Part shown: positions 20,429 through 29,258 of the stretch, piece by piece | Numbering within the stretch: position 1 is the first letter of the stretch | Layout: every line of letters begins with the position of its first letter | Assembly: GCA_963798485.1 (NCBI GenBank) | Contig: CAWCTR010000014.1 | Location: 160,001-224,000, forward strand | DNA from: an uncultured delta proteobacterium | GTDB lineage: Bacteria; Desulfobacterota; Desulfomonilia; UBA1062 | Direction: 5' to 3' | DNA length: 64,000 nucleotides | Notes under the pieces: generated by a model | Seen by the model: only the letters and a program-made list of their open reading frames with translations | What the model was told of the DNA's origin: nothing | Database searches by the model: none | Program-made: the position numbers and the translations under genes

Positions 20429-20794
20429 ATGAACTTTGTAAAGATTGACCCAAAGCACATGAGCAAACGAGATGCATTCATATCTTGGGAGATGCTCTAC
20501 TCTATGGCCTTCATGTCTCTGAATGGCACAGAGATTAAGGTGTTACTGCATTTTTTGAAAGAGAGAACGCACGTTCAACGGGTCTACAGCACAGGCCCGT
20601 ATCCCTTCCCCATTGCTAAGGCTTTACGTTTGGGAATTGCCAAAGAAACATTCAGGCGAAGTCTCAGGGTACTTGAGGAAAAAGGGTTCATTGAGAAAGT
20701 GAGTAATGGCACAAATCTAGGAGGTAAGAAAAAGCCCTCTATGTACATGCTGATTGATGACTGGAAGGAGTATATAGACCCAATGTGCTCATAG
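20429..20794 (+). CDS. winged-helix protein, putative replication initiator-like
   Basis: AF.SL...EIKVLL, LGIAKETFRRSL..LEEKGFI..V, K.SMY pattern; followed by AT-rich DNA. Confidence 0.6.
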   Translation: MNFVKIDPKHMSKRDAFISWEMLYSMAFMSLNGTEIKVLLHFLKERTHVQRVYSTGPYPFPIAKALRLGIAKETFRRSLRVLEEKGFIEKVSNGTNLGGKKKPSMYMLIDDWKEYIDPMCS

Positions 20795-21019
20795 TTGAGT
20801 ACCTAGATGTCCGCCCCGGGTTTAAAAACGTGCAATAATGCCGGGATAAGAGTAAGCAGAAGTAACGGAATAGAAAGCTGCATGTAGTTCATATGATTCC
20901 GGAAGGAACTTGAAGAGTTCCATATAATTCATATAATTCGGGAATTATCCTTATATATCCTATCAATTTCATTACAGTTGTGGTTTGCCTGCCCGAAAGA
21001 TCAGCAGGAGGTTTGCCAG

Positions 21020-21439
21020 ATGGAAGTCATCTGTTCGGGCTGCGGGAGGATTTTTGTAAGGAGCCCCAGGCACCCGGACCAGTCTTATTGCTCCAGATCG
21101 GAATGCCAGAGGAAGAGGAAAGCCCGGTGGCAGAAGCAGAAGATGATCACTGATGAGCATTACCGCCTCAATCAGAAGACAAGCCAGGATAAATGGATCA
21201 GGAAGAACCCCGGCTACTGGAAGAGGTATCGGCAGAGTAAGCCTGAGCAAGCTCAGAGGAACCGCCTGATGCAAATGATAAGGAACAGGCAGAGGAGAAG
21301 TCCCCGGCTGATTGCAAAGATGGACGCGTCAGAAATGAGGAAGGCCCGTCCATATGGGCAGTTTTACCTGGTGCCAGTGATTGCAAAGATGGACGCATTA
21401 AAAGTTAACATCTATGGGATATCAGCGTCTTATCCGTGA
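21020..21439 (+). CDS. Cys-rich (zinc-finger-like) basic protein inside IS21
   Basis: CSGC..F..SPRH..QSYC...EC; AGGAGG RBS. Confidence 0.8.
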   Translation: MEVICSGCGRIFVRSPRHPDQSYCSRSECQRKRKARWQKQKMITDEHYRLNQKTSQDKWIRKNPGYWKRYRQSKPEQAQRNRLMQMIRNRQRRSPRLIAKMDASEMRKARPYGQFYLVPVIAKMDALKVNIYGISASYP

Positions 21440-21507
21440 TTGCAAAGAAGGACTCTATAGTCTTTTTGTCCCCATGTACCTTATCTCTGGGAACAAGGAG
21501 GCGTCTC

Positions 21508-21840
21508 ATGAAGAAGAAAGTGCTCGTCCCGGAGAAGGTAAGGAAGATTGAGGGAGGCTTCAGCTACATACCCCACCGGTTCATTACGGACGGATACCTC
21601 GAATCCCTGAATCAGAAAGAGCTGCTGCTTTACCTGTTCCTGGTGCTGGTTTCGGACCGGAACGGGTTATCATATTACAGCTACGACCGGATATGCACGA
21701 CGCTGGAGATGGACATCGAAGAATACCTTACGGCAAGGGATTCCCTGATTAGGCAAAAGCTCATCGCCTTCGACGGTACGCTGTTCCAGGTGCTGGAGCT
21801 GCCCTCGATCCGGCATGAGAGTGAGGCCCGCCATGCTTGA
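21508..21840 (+). CDS. winged-HTH protein inside IS21
   Basis: GFSYIPHRF, LLYLFL.LVSDR.GLSYY.YD.IC..L; AAGGAGG RBS; overlaps istA start. Confidence 0.8.
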   Translation: MKKKVLVPEKVRKIEGGFSYIPHRFITDGYLESLNQKELLLYLFLVLVSDRNGLSYYSYDRICTTLEMDIEEYLTARDSLIRQKLIAFDGTLFQVLELPSIRHESEARHA

Positions 21841-23305
21841 TCGGAGAATCGTGTTCGAGATCCACCGGCTGAAGAACCTTGGGCTGAAAAACATAAAGAT
21901 AGCTCAGGATCTGGGTATCAACCGGGATACGGTGAGCCTGTACCTCAGGAAGCCCGAGAGACGCCCTGCCGTGAGGAAGAGATCCTCCAAGTTGGACCCG
22001 TTCAAGCCCTTTATTGACGGCATCCTGGAAGAACATGCCGGTGTGCCTGGAACAGTGATCTTTTTACGTCTGAGAGAGCGGGGTTATACCGGGGGTATCA
22101 CCATCCTCACGGATTACCTCAGGAATAAGAAGAGGGAACCCTCCACACGCAAGGCGTTCATACGCTTCGAGTCCGATCCGGGCAGGCAGATGCAGATCGA
22201 CTGGGGCCACTTCGGAGTGCTTGATTACGGGAATGCTAAGAGACGGCTTTCCGCCTTCGTCATAATCGAGTCATACTCCCGGATGATCTACGTAGAGTTT
22301 ACCCACAGCCAGAAGCAGGCCCTTCTGCACCGGTGTCTTCTCAATGCCTTTACCTTCTTCGGGGGTACGCCCCAGGAGCTCCTGGTCGACAACATGATCT
22401 CGGCAGTAATCGAGAGGCAGGGGCCGCTGGTGAGGTTCAACGATGCCTTCCTGGACTTCCTTCGGCCGCTGAAGATAAACCCCGTAGCCTGCAACGTGAG
22501 GTCTCCTCAGGAGAAGGGCAAGGTGGAGAGGAGCATCGGTTACCTGCGGCAGAGCTTCTGGCCGCTCAGAGAGATCTCAAGCCTTGCAGATGCCAATGCC
22601 CAGGTAAGGCTGTGGCTTGATGAGGTCGCTAACGTGAGGGTGCACGGTGGCACCGGAGATAAGCCAGCGGAACGCTTCAAGGGCGTGAGGTTAAGGCCGC
22701 TGCCCGAGAACCTGCCCGACTGCTCCGAGACGCTCAGTGTGTTCGTGCATAAGGACTTCGCCGTGAGATTCGACGGCAACGACTATACGGTGCCGCCGTG
22801 GACAGTGGGCAGGAGAGTTCTCCTGAAGGCGGACAACGATGCGGTACGCATCTTCTTCAAGGACAAGGTAATAGCAACGCATCCACGATGCTGGGAGTAC
22901 AAGAAGAGGATCGAGGCTCCGGCTCATGCCGAGCAGGTCAGGAGACTGCAGAAAAGGCTCTGGCGGGATCGGGATATAGCCCTGTTCGCCTCTATGGGAG
23001 ATGAAGCCGCATCTTATCTTGAAGCACTGGCGGAAGCATCTCATCCGATCAAGAAGAACATATCGAGGCTGCTTGAGTTGAGGGATGAGTACGGGGTGGA
23101 ATCATTGCTCTATGCGATCAGGAAGGCCCTGCAGTTCAAGGCATACGGTGCTGACTACATCGAGAACATCCTCTACCAGGAGATGACCCCGAAGAGGGTG
23201 CACCCGCCGGTGAAGCTGGGCAATGAAGAACTCAACAGGATACGGCTCAGCATGCCTTCACTCGCTGAGTATGATGCTTATGCGGTCAAGAGAGGTGGCT
23301 CATGA
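21833..23305 (+). CDS. istA: IS21 transposase IstA
   Basis: HTH, SKLDPFK, RFES.PG.QMQIDW, LVDNM, KGKVER. Confidence 0.95.
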   Translation: MLDRRIVFEIHRLKNLGLKNIKIAQDLGINRDTVSLYLRKPERRPAVRKRSSKLDPFKPFIDGILEEHAGVPGTVIFLRLRERGYTGGITILTDYLRNKKREPSTRKAFIRFESDPGRQMQIDWGHFGVLDYGNAKRRLSAFVIIESYSRMIYVEFTHSQKQALLHRCLLNAFTFFGGTPQELLVDNMISAVIERQGPLVRFNDAFLDFLRPLKINPVACNVRSPQEKGKVERSIGYLRQSFWPLREISSLADANAQVRLWLDEVANVRVHGGTGDKPAERFKGVRLRPLPENLPDCSETLSVFVHKDFAVRFDGNDYTVPPWTVGRRVLLKADNDAVRIFFKDKVIATHPRCWEYKKRIEAPAHAEQVRRLQKRLWRDRDIALFASMGDEAASYLEALAEASHPIKKNISRLLELRDEYGVESLLYAIRKALQFKAYGADYIENILYQEMTPKRVHPPVKLGNEELNRIRLSMPSLAEYDAYAVKRGGS

Positions 23306-24054
23306 TGGAAGATGTTATCCGGAAATGCAGAGAGTTGAAGCTCAAGGCGTGGGTGGAGGATCTTGAGCGGGTCATGGACGAGGCCTCCAAAAAGAACTCC
23401 CCGGTTCAGCGCATCATAGAACACCTTCTCGACCTGGAGATCGAGAAGAGGAGGAAGATCAGGATAGACACATGCTTCCGGTTCTCAAGGCTTGATGAGA
23501 AGCAGAGCATAGACCAGTTCGACTTCTCGTTCCATCCTTCCAGAAAAGCCAACAAGGCCAGAATCCTTAACCTTCTCGACCTGGAGTTCATCAGGGAGAG
23601 AAAAGACGTCATCCTCATCGGCAATCCCGGAGTGGGCAAGTCCTTCATCGCCAAGTGCCTGGCTTACGCCTCGACTCAGGCAGGCATAAAAACGCTGTTC
23701 GTATCCACCATGGAGATGATCAACCAGCTCATAGCGGCGGAGGGTGACAGGACCTTCCTGAAGAAGCTCCATTACTACCAGTCGTTCGACCTGCTGGTCT
23801 GCGACGAGATAGGCTATCTCCCCCTCGGGTCCCAGGGTTCCAACTTCTTCTTCCAGGTCATAAGCGCCCGCCATCAGAAGAAGTCCACACTCATCACCAC
23901 GAATCTGCCGTTTGCCGAGTGGGGGAACGTATTCGACAACACCACGGTCGCCACGGCTATTGCCGACAGGCTGGTACATAACTCCGAAATCATCATATTC
24001 GAGGGGCCAAGCTATCGAAAAAGAGACAGGAAAGAACAGAAGAAACCTGAATAG
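23302..24054 (+). CDS. istB: IS21 ATPase IstB
   Basis: GNPGVGKS, DEIGY, TTNLPF.EW, AIADRLVH. Confidence 0.95.
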   Translation: MMEDVIRKCRELKLKAWVEDLERVMDEASKKNSPVQRIIEHLLDLEIEKRRKIRIDTCFRFSRLDEKQSIDQFDFSFHPSRKANKARILNLLDLEFIRERKDVILIGNPGVGKSFIAKCLAYASTQAGIKTLFVSTMEMINQLIAAEGDRTFLKKLHYYQSFDLLVCDEIGYLPLGSQGSNFFFQVISARHQKKSTLITTNLPFAEWGNVFDNTTVATAIADRLVHNSEIIIFEGPSYRKRDRKEQKKPE

Positions 24055-24439
24055 GCCAGAAGGCATAAAGCTCGAAAGCCGTATTACAGAACGGCTTGAA
24101 AACCGGCCTGGCCGATCAAGTGCGGGTTCAGACATTCCCCGCTGTGCATCTTTATGCCCATCGCAACTGCCTGCCGATTTTTATCCCGGTATACTTGCCG
24201 GTTTTTAGACCGGCGCAGACATACCTAGATATATTACTTAATTATAATTATTAAAGATATCTTAAGATATATCTAGATACCCATATTTGAGTAAAATAAA
24301 TTTGGCATCAATAGTTAAACACATCAACCCCCACTGCTGCCCTATGATTACATTGACTATCGGGCCGTCTTGTTGCGGCCCTCTCTACTACTGGATATGT
24401 AACCAGCAGGGGAGAGAGTGAGGATCATACTTATGACAA

Positions 24440-24500
24440 TGTTCGGAAATGTTCGGAGTGTTCGATCTTGTTCGGATTTTGTTCGGATTTTGTTCGGAAC
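24440..24500 (+). repeat. six tandem TGTTCG(G)A repeats
   Basis: tgttcggaaa tgttcggag tgttcgatct tgttcggattt tgttcggattt tgttcggaac. Confidence 0.9.
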
Positions 24501-24778
24501 GCATACATAACATAATATTCAAGCAGATTATGAGATTCACCTTATAAATTCAAGTAGTTCTTAAAGTTCCATCATTCCTTGATGGAAATCGATGAAACAC
24601 TGATTCGAGTAGAAACGAAAACTTCACCCAGCGCAGCCCCCTGCTGCCATAGACGGAGGAATTGCTAACCTTGCAAACTGAGTCCACATGCAGATCTGGG
24701 AGCATTAATGCTGCTCAAGCATTGATGTTTTCTCAGACAGAGTATACCGTTCCCTCAAAAAGGTTCAGGGGGGAGTGT

Positions 24779-25936
24779 ATGCTGGGGACTATTTTTCAAC
24801 GCAAGGATTGCAATCCACCGTTTTTTGTTGTTCGCTGGCCTTGGCAGGGGAAGCGGCACAACGTCAATTACCGTAATGGTAAGAAGATGTATATCCGTGA
24901 TCATGCTGTCATGCTCCTGGGGGAAATGAGATCCGAGGTTGATCGTGGGACATTCAGTCTCGATAAATTCCTACGCAGTTCAGGCAATGTCACAGTCTTC
25001 CTTCAAGATTGGATTGAGCAGTGTCAGCACAACTGGGGGAAAGGTACACTGATGGGGTATAATTCAATGATTCGGGTTCATCTTAATCCGTTCTTTGAGA
25101 AGAACCCCATATTATTGCATGAGATAAAGCCTCATCATATCCAGAAGTTAAGGGCAGAAATCAGGAAGCCCAGGACGGATAAAGAGGGCAATCCACTTAA
25201 GCCCATCACTCCCAAGGGTGAGAAGAACATAGTTGATTGTCTCGGTGCAGCCCTCCGATATGCTTATGACAATGAGCTCATTGACCGTATGCCCAAGATG
25301 CCCACCACGGATGATTACGGTATACAAGATCCTGGGCCAAAGTTCATCACCTTGGATCGTCAACGCAAGGTCATAGAGGCAATCCCAGCGCAGCACAGAC
25401 CTATATACTATTGGTTGGCATATCACATGAGGAGACCCTCAGAGGGCATGGTATTGAAGCTCGTCGATTGGCAGGAAGATAGGCTTTCATTCCTGATTCG
25501 CCGGGGCATGTCTGGTGGTGTGGAAGTAGAGCACACCAAGACCAAGGACATTTTTGAATGCCCTTGCCGTGATGAGTTCCTTCCCATCTTGAGGAACCTC
25601 ACAACTGCTTACCCGTTATCCCCTTACGTGTTCACATGTCGGGAGAGCCGTCATAAGGACAAGCGGTATACGAAAGAGATACTTAACAGATTATGGAATG
25701 AAGCTCGGGACTCGGTAGGCGAGACCGTAGAGCTATATGAGGGAACCAAACATTCCACTATGCAGAGCTATCTCGATGATGGGTATGATTATACCCAGGT
25801 GATGGAGATCTCCGGCCACAAAACATTGAAGGCTGTTCAGAGATATGCCCATTCCAGATTGGAAAGGAAGCGTGATCTACTCAATAGGAAGGTAGTGGAG
25901 CTACGGAACTCTCACGGAACTGTAAAAGCCCCGTAA
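24779..25936 (+). CDS. phage-type tyrosine integrase (proximal island)
   Basis: RRPSE, GTKHS, GHKT...VQRY; converges on tRNA 3' end; GGGGAG RBS before 24779. Confidence 0.92.
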   Translation: MLGTIFQRKDCNPPFFVVRWPWQGKRHNVNYRNGKKMYIRDHAVMLLGEMRSEVDRGTFSLDKFLRSSGNVTVFLQDWIEQCQHNWGKGTLMGYNSMIRVHLNPFFEKNPILLHEIKPHHIQKLRAEIRKPRTDKEGNPLKPITPKGEKNIVDCLGAALRYAYDNELIDRMPKMPTTDDYGIQDPGPKFITLDRQRKVIEAIPAQHRPIYYWLAYHMRRPSEGMVLKLVDWQEDRLSFLIRRGMSGGVEVEHTKTKDIFECPCRDEFLPILRNLTTAYPLSPYVFTCRESRHKDKRYTKEILNRLWNEARDSVGETVELYEGTKHSTMQSYLDDGYDYTQVMEISGHKTLKAVQRYAHSRLERKRDLLNRKVVELRNSHGTVKAP

Positions 25937-25952
25937 CCCCTTGAAATTACTA

Positions 25953-26024
25953 TGGGCCGCGTAGGATTTGAACCTACGACTTCTACCGTGTGAAGGTAGC
26001 GCTCTCCCCCTGAGCTAGCGGCCC
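25953..26024 (-). tRNA. tRNA-Val(CAC), CCA not encoded
   Basis: GGGCCGC acceptor, TAGCTCAG D arm, CTACC-TTCACAC-GGTAG anticodon arm, GTTCAAATC T loop. Confidence 0.96.
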
Positions 26025-26039
26025 GAGCCAATGCGAAAA

Positions 26040-26068
26040 TCTATACAGTCCGGTCTGATACCTGTCAA
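26040..26068 (-). promoter_or_regulatory. sigma70-type promoter of tRNA
   Basis: TTGACA-17bp-TATAGA. Confidence 0.65.
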
Positions 26069-26174
26069 GATGAAAACAAGCCCCGATGACTAAGGAATGA
26101 GGCATTTCCAGCAGGTTCAGGATGGGTCTTTAATGACTTTAAGGAACTGATGCCTAACACAAAAGAGAAACTCA

Positions 26175-28106
26175 TTACTCCATGGGTATGGAAAAGAAGA
26201 AAACCGATCCCTGGCCAAGCTTGGATCTAACCCAGATGTCACCACCCATTACGGCCAAGGCCTTTTTTACGATGGCAAGCCCGATGCCTGTGCCCTCCAC
26301 ATGGTTGTCCGATGCCCGGTAAAAGATGTCGAAGATATTGTTTGTATGTTCTTCGGATATCCCTGATCCATTATCCTTTACGGAAAAGATATGCATCTTG
26401 CTCTGAGGCTGGTACCCGATAAGGATCTCCAGATCCCTGCCGGGATGCGAATATTTTATGGCATTCGAAATGAGGTTGCTGAACACCTGTATCACCCGGA
26501 TCTTGTCCGCTTTTACGCAAGGCATGTTGTTTTCAATAACAATAGTCCCGTTTTTTTCATCAAGCTGGTTGGTCACTTCCATGATGATGTCATCGATGAT
26601 CTCTTTGATGGGAAACTCTTCTTTCTTGAGTCTAAGGTTTTCAACTGCAGAGAGCGTGAGAAGATTCGTGACAAAGGACTCCATGTGTTTACCGCTTTCG
26701 TGGATTGCCTCGATGTATTGGATTTCCTTTTCGGATAGTTTCTTCAATCCGGTCTTTATGAACCGCTCACAGAAGCCGTTAATGGCGATAATGGGGTTCT
26801 TCAGGTCATGCGATACGGTCGATACCAGGGTCCTGAGCTCCTCATTACGCTGGCGGATGAGGTTGAGGGCATCCTTTAGTTCCTCAGTGGTCTTGGATAT
26901 CTCCTGGAACAGCAGGATATTCTCCATGACCGTTCCCATATGCACCCCGATGGTGATGAGCAGCCGCTCATCCTCGGGCGATATGGTGCGCTGACCGAAG
27001 GACCCGATATTCATAACACCGATGAGCCTGGTTCTTGACTGCAGGGGGATGGATGCAAACGATCTTATGCCCTGTTTCTTGAAGGCAATGGAGCTGATGC
27101 GCGGATCTAAAGAGGCATTCTCAATAATCATGGGTGTGCCGCTCTGGGCGACCCTTCCGGCAATGCCCTCACCAATCTTGATCTCCTTTACGGTCTGTAT
27201 TACCTCATCGGGGATGCCGTATGAATATACACACCGCATGGCCTTTTTCTTTTCATCGAGGAGATAGACCCACCCTGCCTCGATGTTCATGATCTGCAGG
27301 ATCTGGACAAGGGTGTTCTGAAGCACTTCTTCGAGATCTACGGAGGAAGAGAGTGTCTTGGATATGCTATTGACGGCAGAGAGGTCCTGGTTCTGACGAA
27401 GGAGCCTCTTCTGCAGTAGTACCTTTTCAGTCACATCACGGAGCATGGCAATGGAGGTGCCGGGCCTGTCTTCTATAAAGTGGAAATTGCCCTCAAGTAT
27501 CTTCTGGCCTCCTTTGGTGTTTATTACTATTTGGGTAAAAAATTGTTTGGCGAATTTCTTCCGTAAGTTTGCAAGGTCATTCTTCCCTTTATCATCCACA
27601 AAATCAAAAATAGCCTTGCCAAGGATATCATCCTGGCCAGCCTCCATAATGGTGGTGAATGCAGGATTTGCAAAGGTGATGAAACCGTGGTTCAGTATAA
27701 GGATGGCATCAGGTGCATCTTCTATAAGCTTGCTGTATCTGCCTTCACGGGCCAAGCTCCCGCTTACGAAATCGCCGAGAAGCACAAAGAGGGAGTTCAG
27801 CCTGTATCCGGTGATGTTGATGAACCCTGATACCCGCACCCTCGGCGAGCTCAAGGTCTCTACAATGAGCGAGAAGGGTTTGTTTGTTTCAATGAGCCTC
27901 TTGAGCTTAGCCTCAAGCCTGTCATCAACAAGGAATTTGTGAAAGAGTTCATACAGCGATTTGCCTACAAAAGGCAGTTCCGAGGGTTCAATATTTGACT
28001 CTAAGAGCTTGTTTATGAAAATAACCGTTCCGCTTGTGTCAAAGGCGCATACGGCCAATGGAGCTGTATCGAAGACGGCCTTTACCTGGTCATAATGTTT
28101 ATTCAT
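26175..28106 (-). CDS. PAS/GAF sensor histidine kinase
   Basis: SHDLKNP H-box, NLISNAIKY, DNGSG, GTGIGL. Confidence 0.92.
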   Translation of the reverse strand: MNKHYDQVKAVFDTAPLAVCAFDTSGTVIFINKLLESNIEPSELPFVGKSLYELFHKFLVDDRLEAKLKRLIETNKPFSLIVETLSSPRVRVSGFINITGYRLNSLFVLLGDFVSGSLAREGRYSKLIEDAPDAILILNHGFITFANPAFTTIMEAGQDDILGKAIFDFVDDKGKNDLANLRKKFAKQFFTQIVINTKGGQKILEGNFHFIEDRPGTSIAMLRDVTEKVLLQKRLLRQNQDLSAVNSISKTLSSSVDLEEVLQNTLVQILQIMNIEAGWVYLLDEKKKAMRCVYSYGIPDEVIQTVKEIKIGEGIAGRVAQSGTPMIIENASLDPRISSIAFKKQGIRSFASIPLQSRTRLIGVMNIGSFGQRTISPEDERLLITIGVHMGTVMENILLFQEISKTTEELKDALNLIRQRNEELRTLVSTVSHDLKNPIIAINGFCERFIKTGLKKLSEKEIQYIEAIHESGKHMESFVTNLLTLSAVENLRLKKEEFPIKEIIDDIIMEVTNQLDEKNGTIVIENNMPCVKADKIRVIQVFSNLISNAIKYSHPGRDLEILIGYQPQSKMHIFSVKDNGSGISEEHTNNIFDIFYRASDNHVEGTGIGLAIVKKALAVMGGDIWVRSKLGQGSVFFFSIPME

Positions 28107-28732
28107 GTCGTTTCTTCTATATCCAGGTATTCGCCGGGGTTAAGAATGCGGACATCACACGAACACAGTCCGGCGAATTTTTCGGCATCTTTTCTGGAAC
28201 CTACAATGTCGCCATAGTGGATGGGGATGGCATATACGGTCTTGATGTCTTTGATGGCATCGCCCGCTTCCTTCGCATCCATGGTATAGGTGCCCCCCAC
28301 CGGTATAAAGGCGGCATCCACGACAAGGCCCTTCATCTCCGGGATCCTATCCGTATCTCCTGTATGATAGATCTTAATTCCACCGACTGTTACAATATAC
28401 CCTACCCAGCCATTGGTCTTGGGATGGAAGGCCTTTCCCAGATTATATGCAGGCATTGCCAGTATGGATACATCTTTGATATTCATGTTGTTACCCGGTG
28501 TTATACGATCGGTAACCAGCGGGGCTGACATGGGTGCTACGACACGCGTTGAGGCGTTTGAGACTGCCTTTATATCGGCCTGGGAATAATGATCATGATG
28601 ATCGTGGGTGAGCAGTATGATATCCGCGCGCTGAGCAGGGTTGTCGATTTTCCAGGGATCGATGTAAATAGTTGTGGCGGCGCTTGTTATCTTAACACTT
28701 GCATGACCAAGCCAAGTTAACCGTACGGTCAT
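28103..28732 (-). CDS. MBL-fold metallo-hydrolase
   Basis: WLGHA, THDHHDH, YHTGDT, IPIHY. Confidence 0.9.
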   Translation of the reverse strand: MTVRLTWLGHASVKITSAATTIYIDPWKIDNPAQRADIILLTHDHHDHYSQADIKAVSNASTRVVAPMSAPLVTDRITPGNNMNIKDVSILAMPAYNLGKAFHPKTNGWVGYIVTVGGIKIYHTGDTDRIPEMKGLVVDAAFIPVGGTYTMDAKEAGDAIKDIKTVYAIPIHYGDIVGSRKDAEKFAGLCSCDVRILNPGEYLDIEETT

Positions 28733-28851
28733 TGAGCTCCTTCCAAAAAGGTTGAAACAATCAAAATATTCATTCGCAACCTTTTACATAATACAAAAGC
28801 TTATCGTACGTTTCAATGGGTATTTCCGAATTTACCAGTAACAAGTCTTTC

Positions 28852-29247
28852 TCAAAACGCCCCCAGTTGGCACGGTGTAACCTTAATGCCCAATGCATCA
28901 GCAGCATTTCCTGCCTCTGTCCGTATGATGCCCTTTGAATCTGCAATCTCCCAGAGCCTGGCACAGGAGATCCTTCCATCAGTAACATGTGCCTTGATAA
29001 GATCAAGCACTTCCTGGCCCACCTCTACCTTCCGGCCCGTGATTTTGTACTCTGACTTCCCTTTTCTGCCATAACCGAACAGGCCGAGTTGGCACTGATA
29101 CAACCGGGCGCCGGTTTCGGTTGCTACTCTGCCCACCTCAATGGGGTCAAGGTTGAGATAGGCGGAGATGTAGTGCGCTACGGCACAGGGGAGTTTGCTC
29201 TGTTCAGGATATATGGCTATCATTTCCCTGATCTTTTCAGATGGCAT
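28852..29247 (-). CDS. conserved hypothetical protein (duplicated CQLG motif)
   Basis: Two repeats C..A/..CQLG.F; GGAGG RBS. Confidence 0.75.
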   Translation of the reverse strand: MPSEKIREMIAIYPEQSKLPCAVAHYISAYLNLDPIEVGRVATETGARLYQCQLGLFGYGRKGKSEYKITGRKVEVGQEVLDLIKAHVTDGRISCARLWEIADSKGIIRTEAGNAADALGIKVTPCQLGAF

Positions 29248-29258
29248 AGGTAACCTCC

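Larger units (their letters stand above)
20808..24221 (+). mobile_element. IS21-family element with two accessory genes (3414 bp)
   Basis: Ends TGTCCGCCCCGG / CCGGCGCAGACA; 8-bp DR TACCTAGA at 20800-20807 and 24222-24229. Confidence 0.92.
7438..25972. mobile_element. ~18.5-kb integrative element at tRNA-Val(CAC)
   Basis: Flanking 20-bp att repeats, integrase adjacent to tRNA, paired ACGGAAC arm repeats at both ends. Confidence 0.88.
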
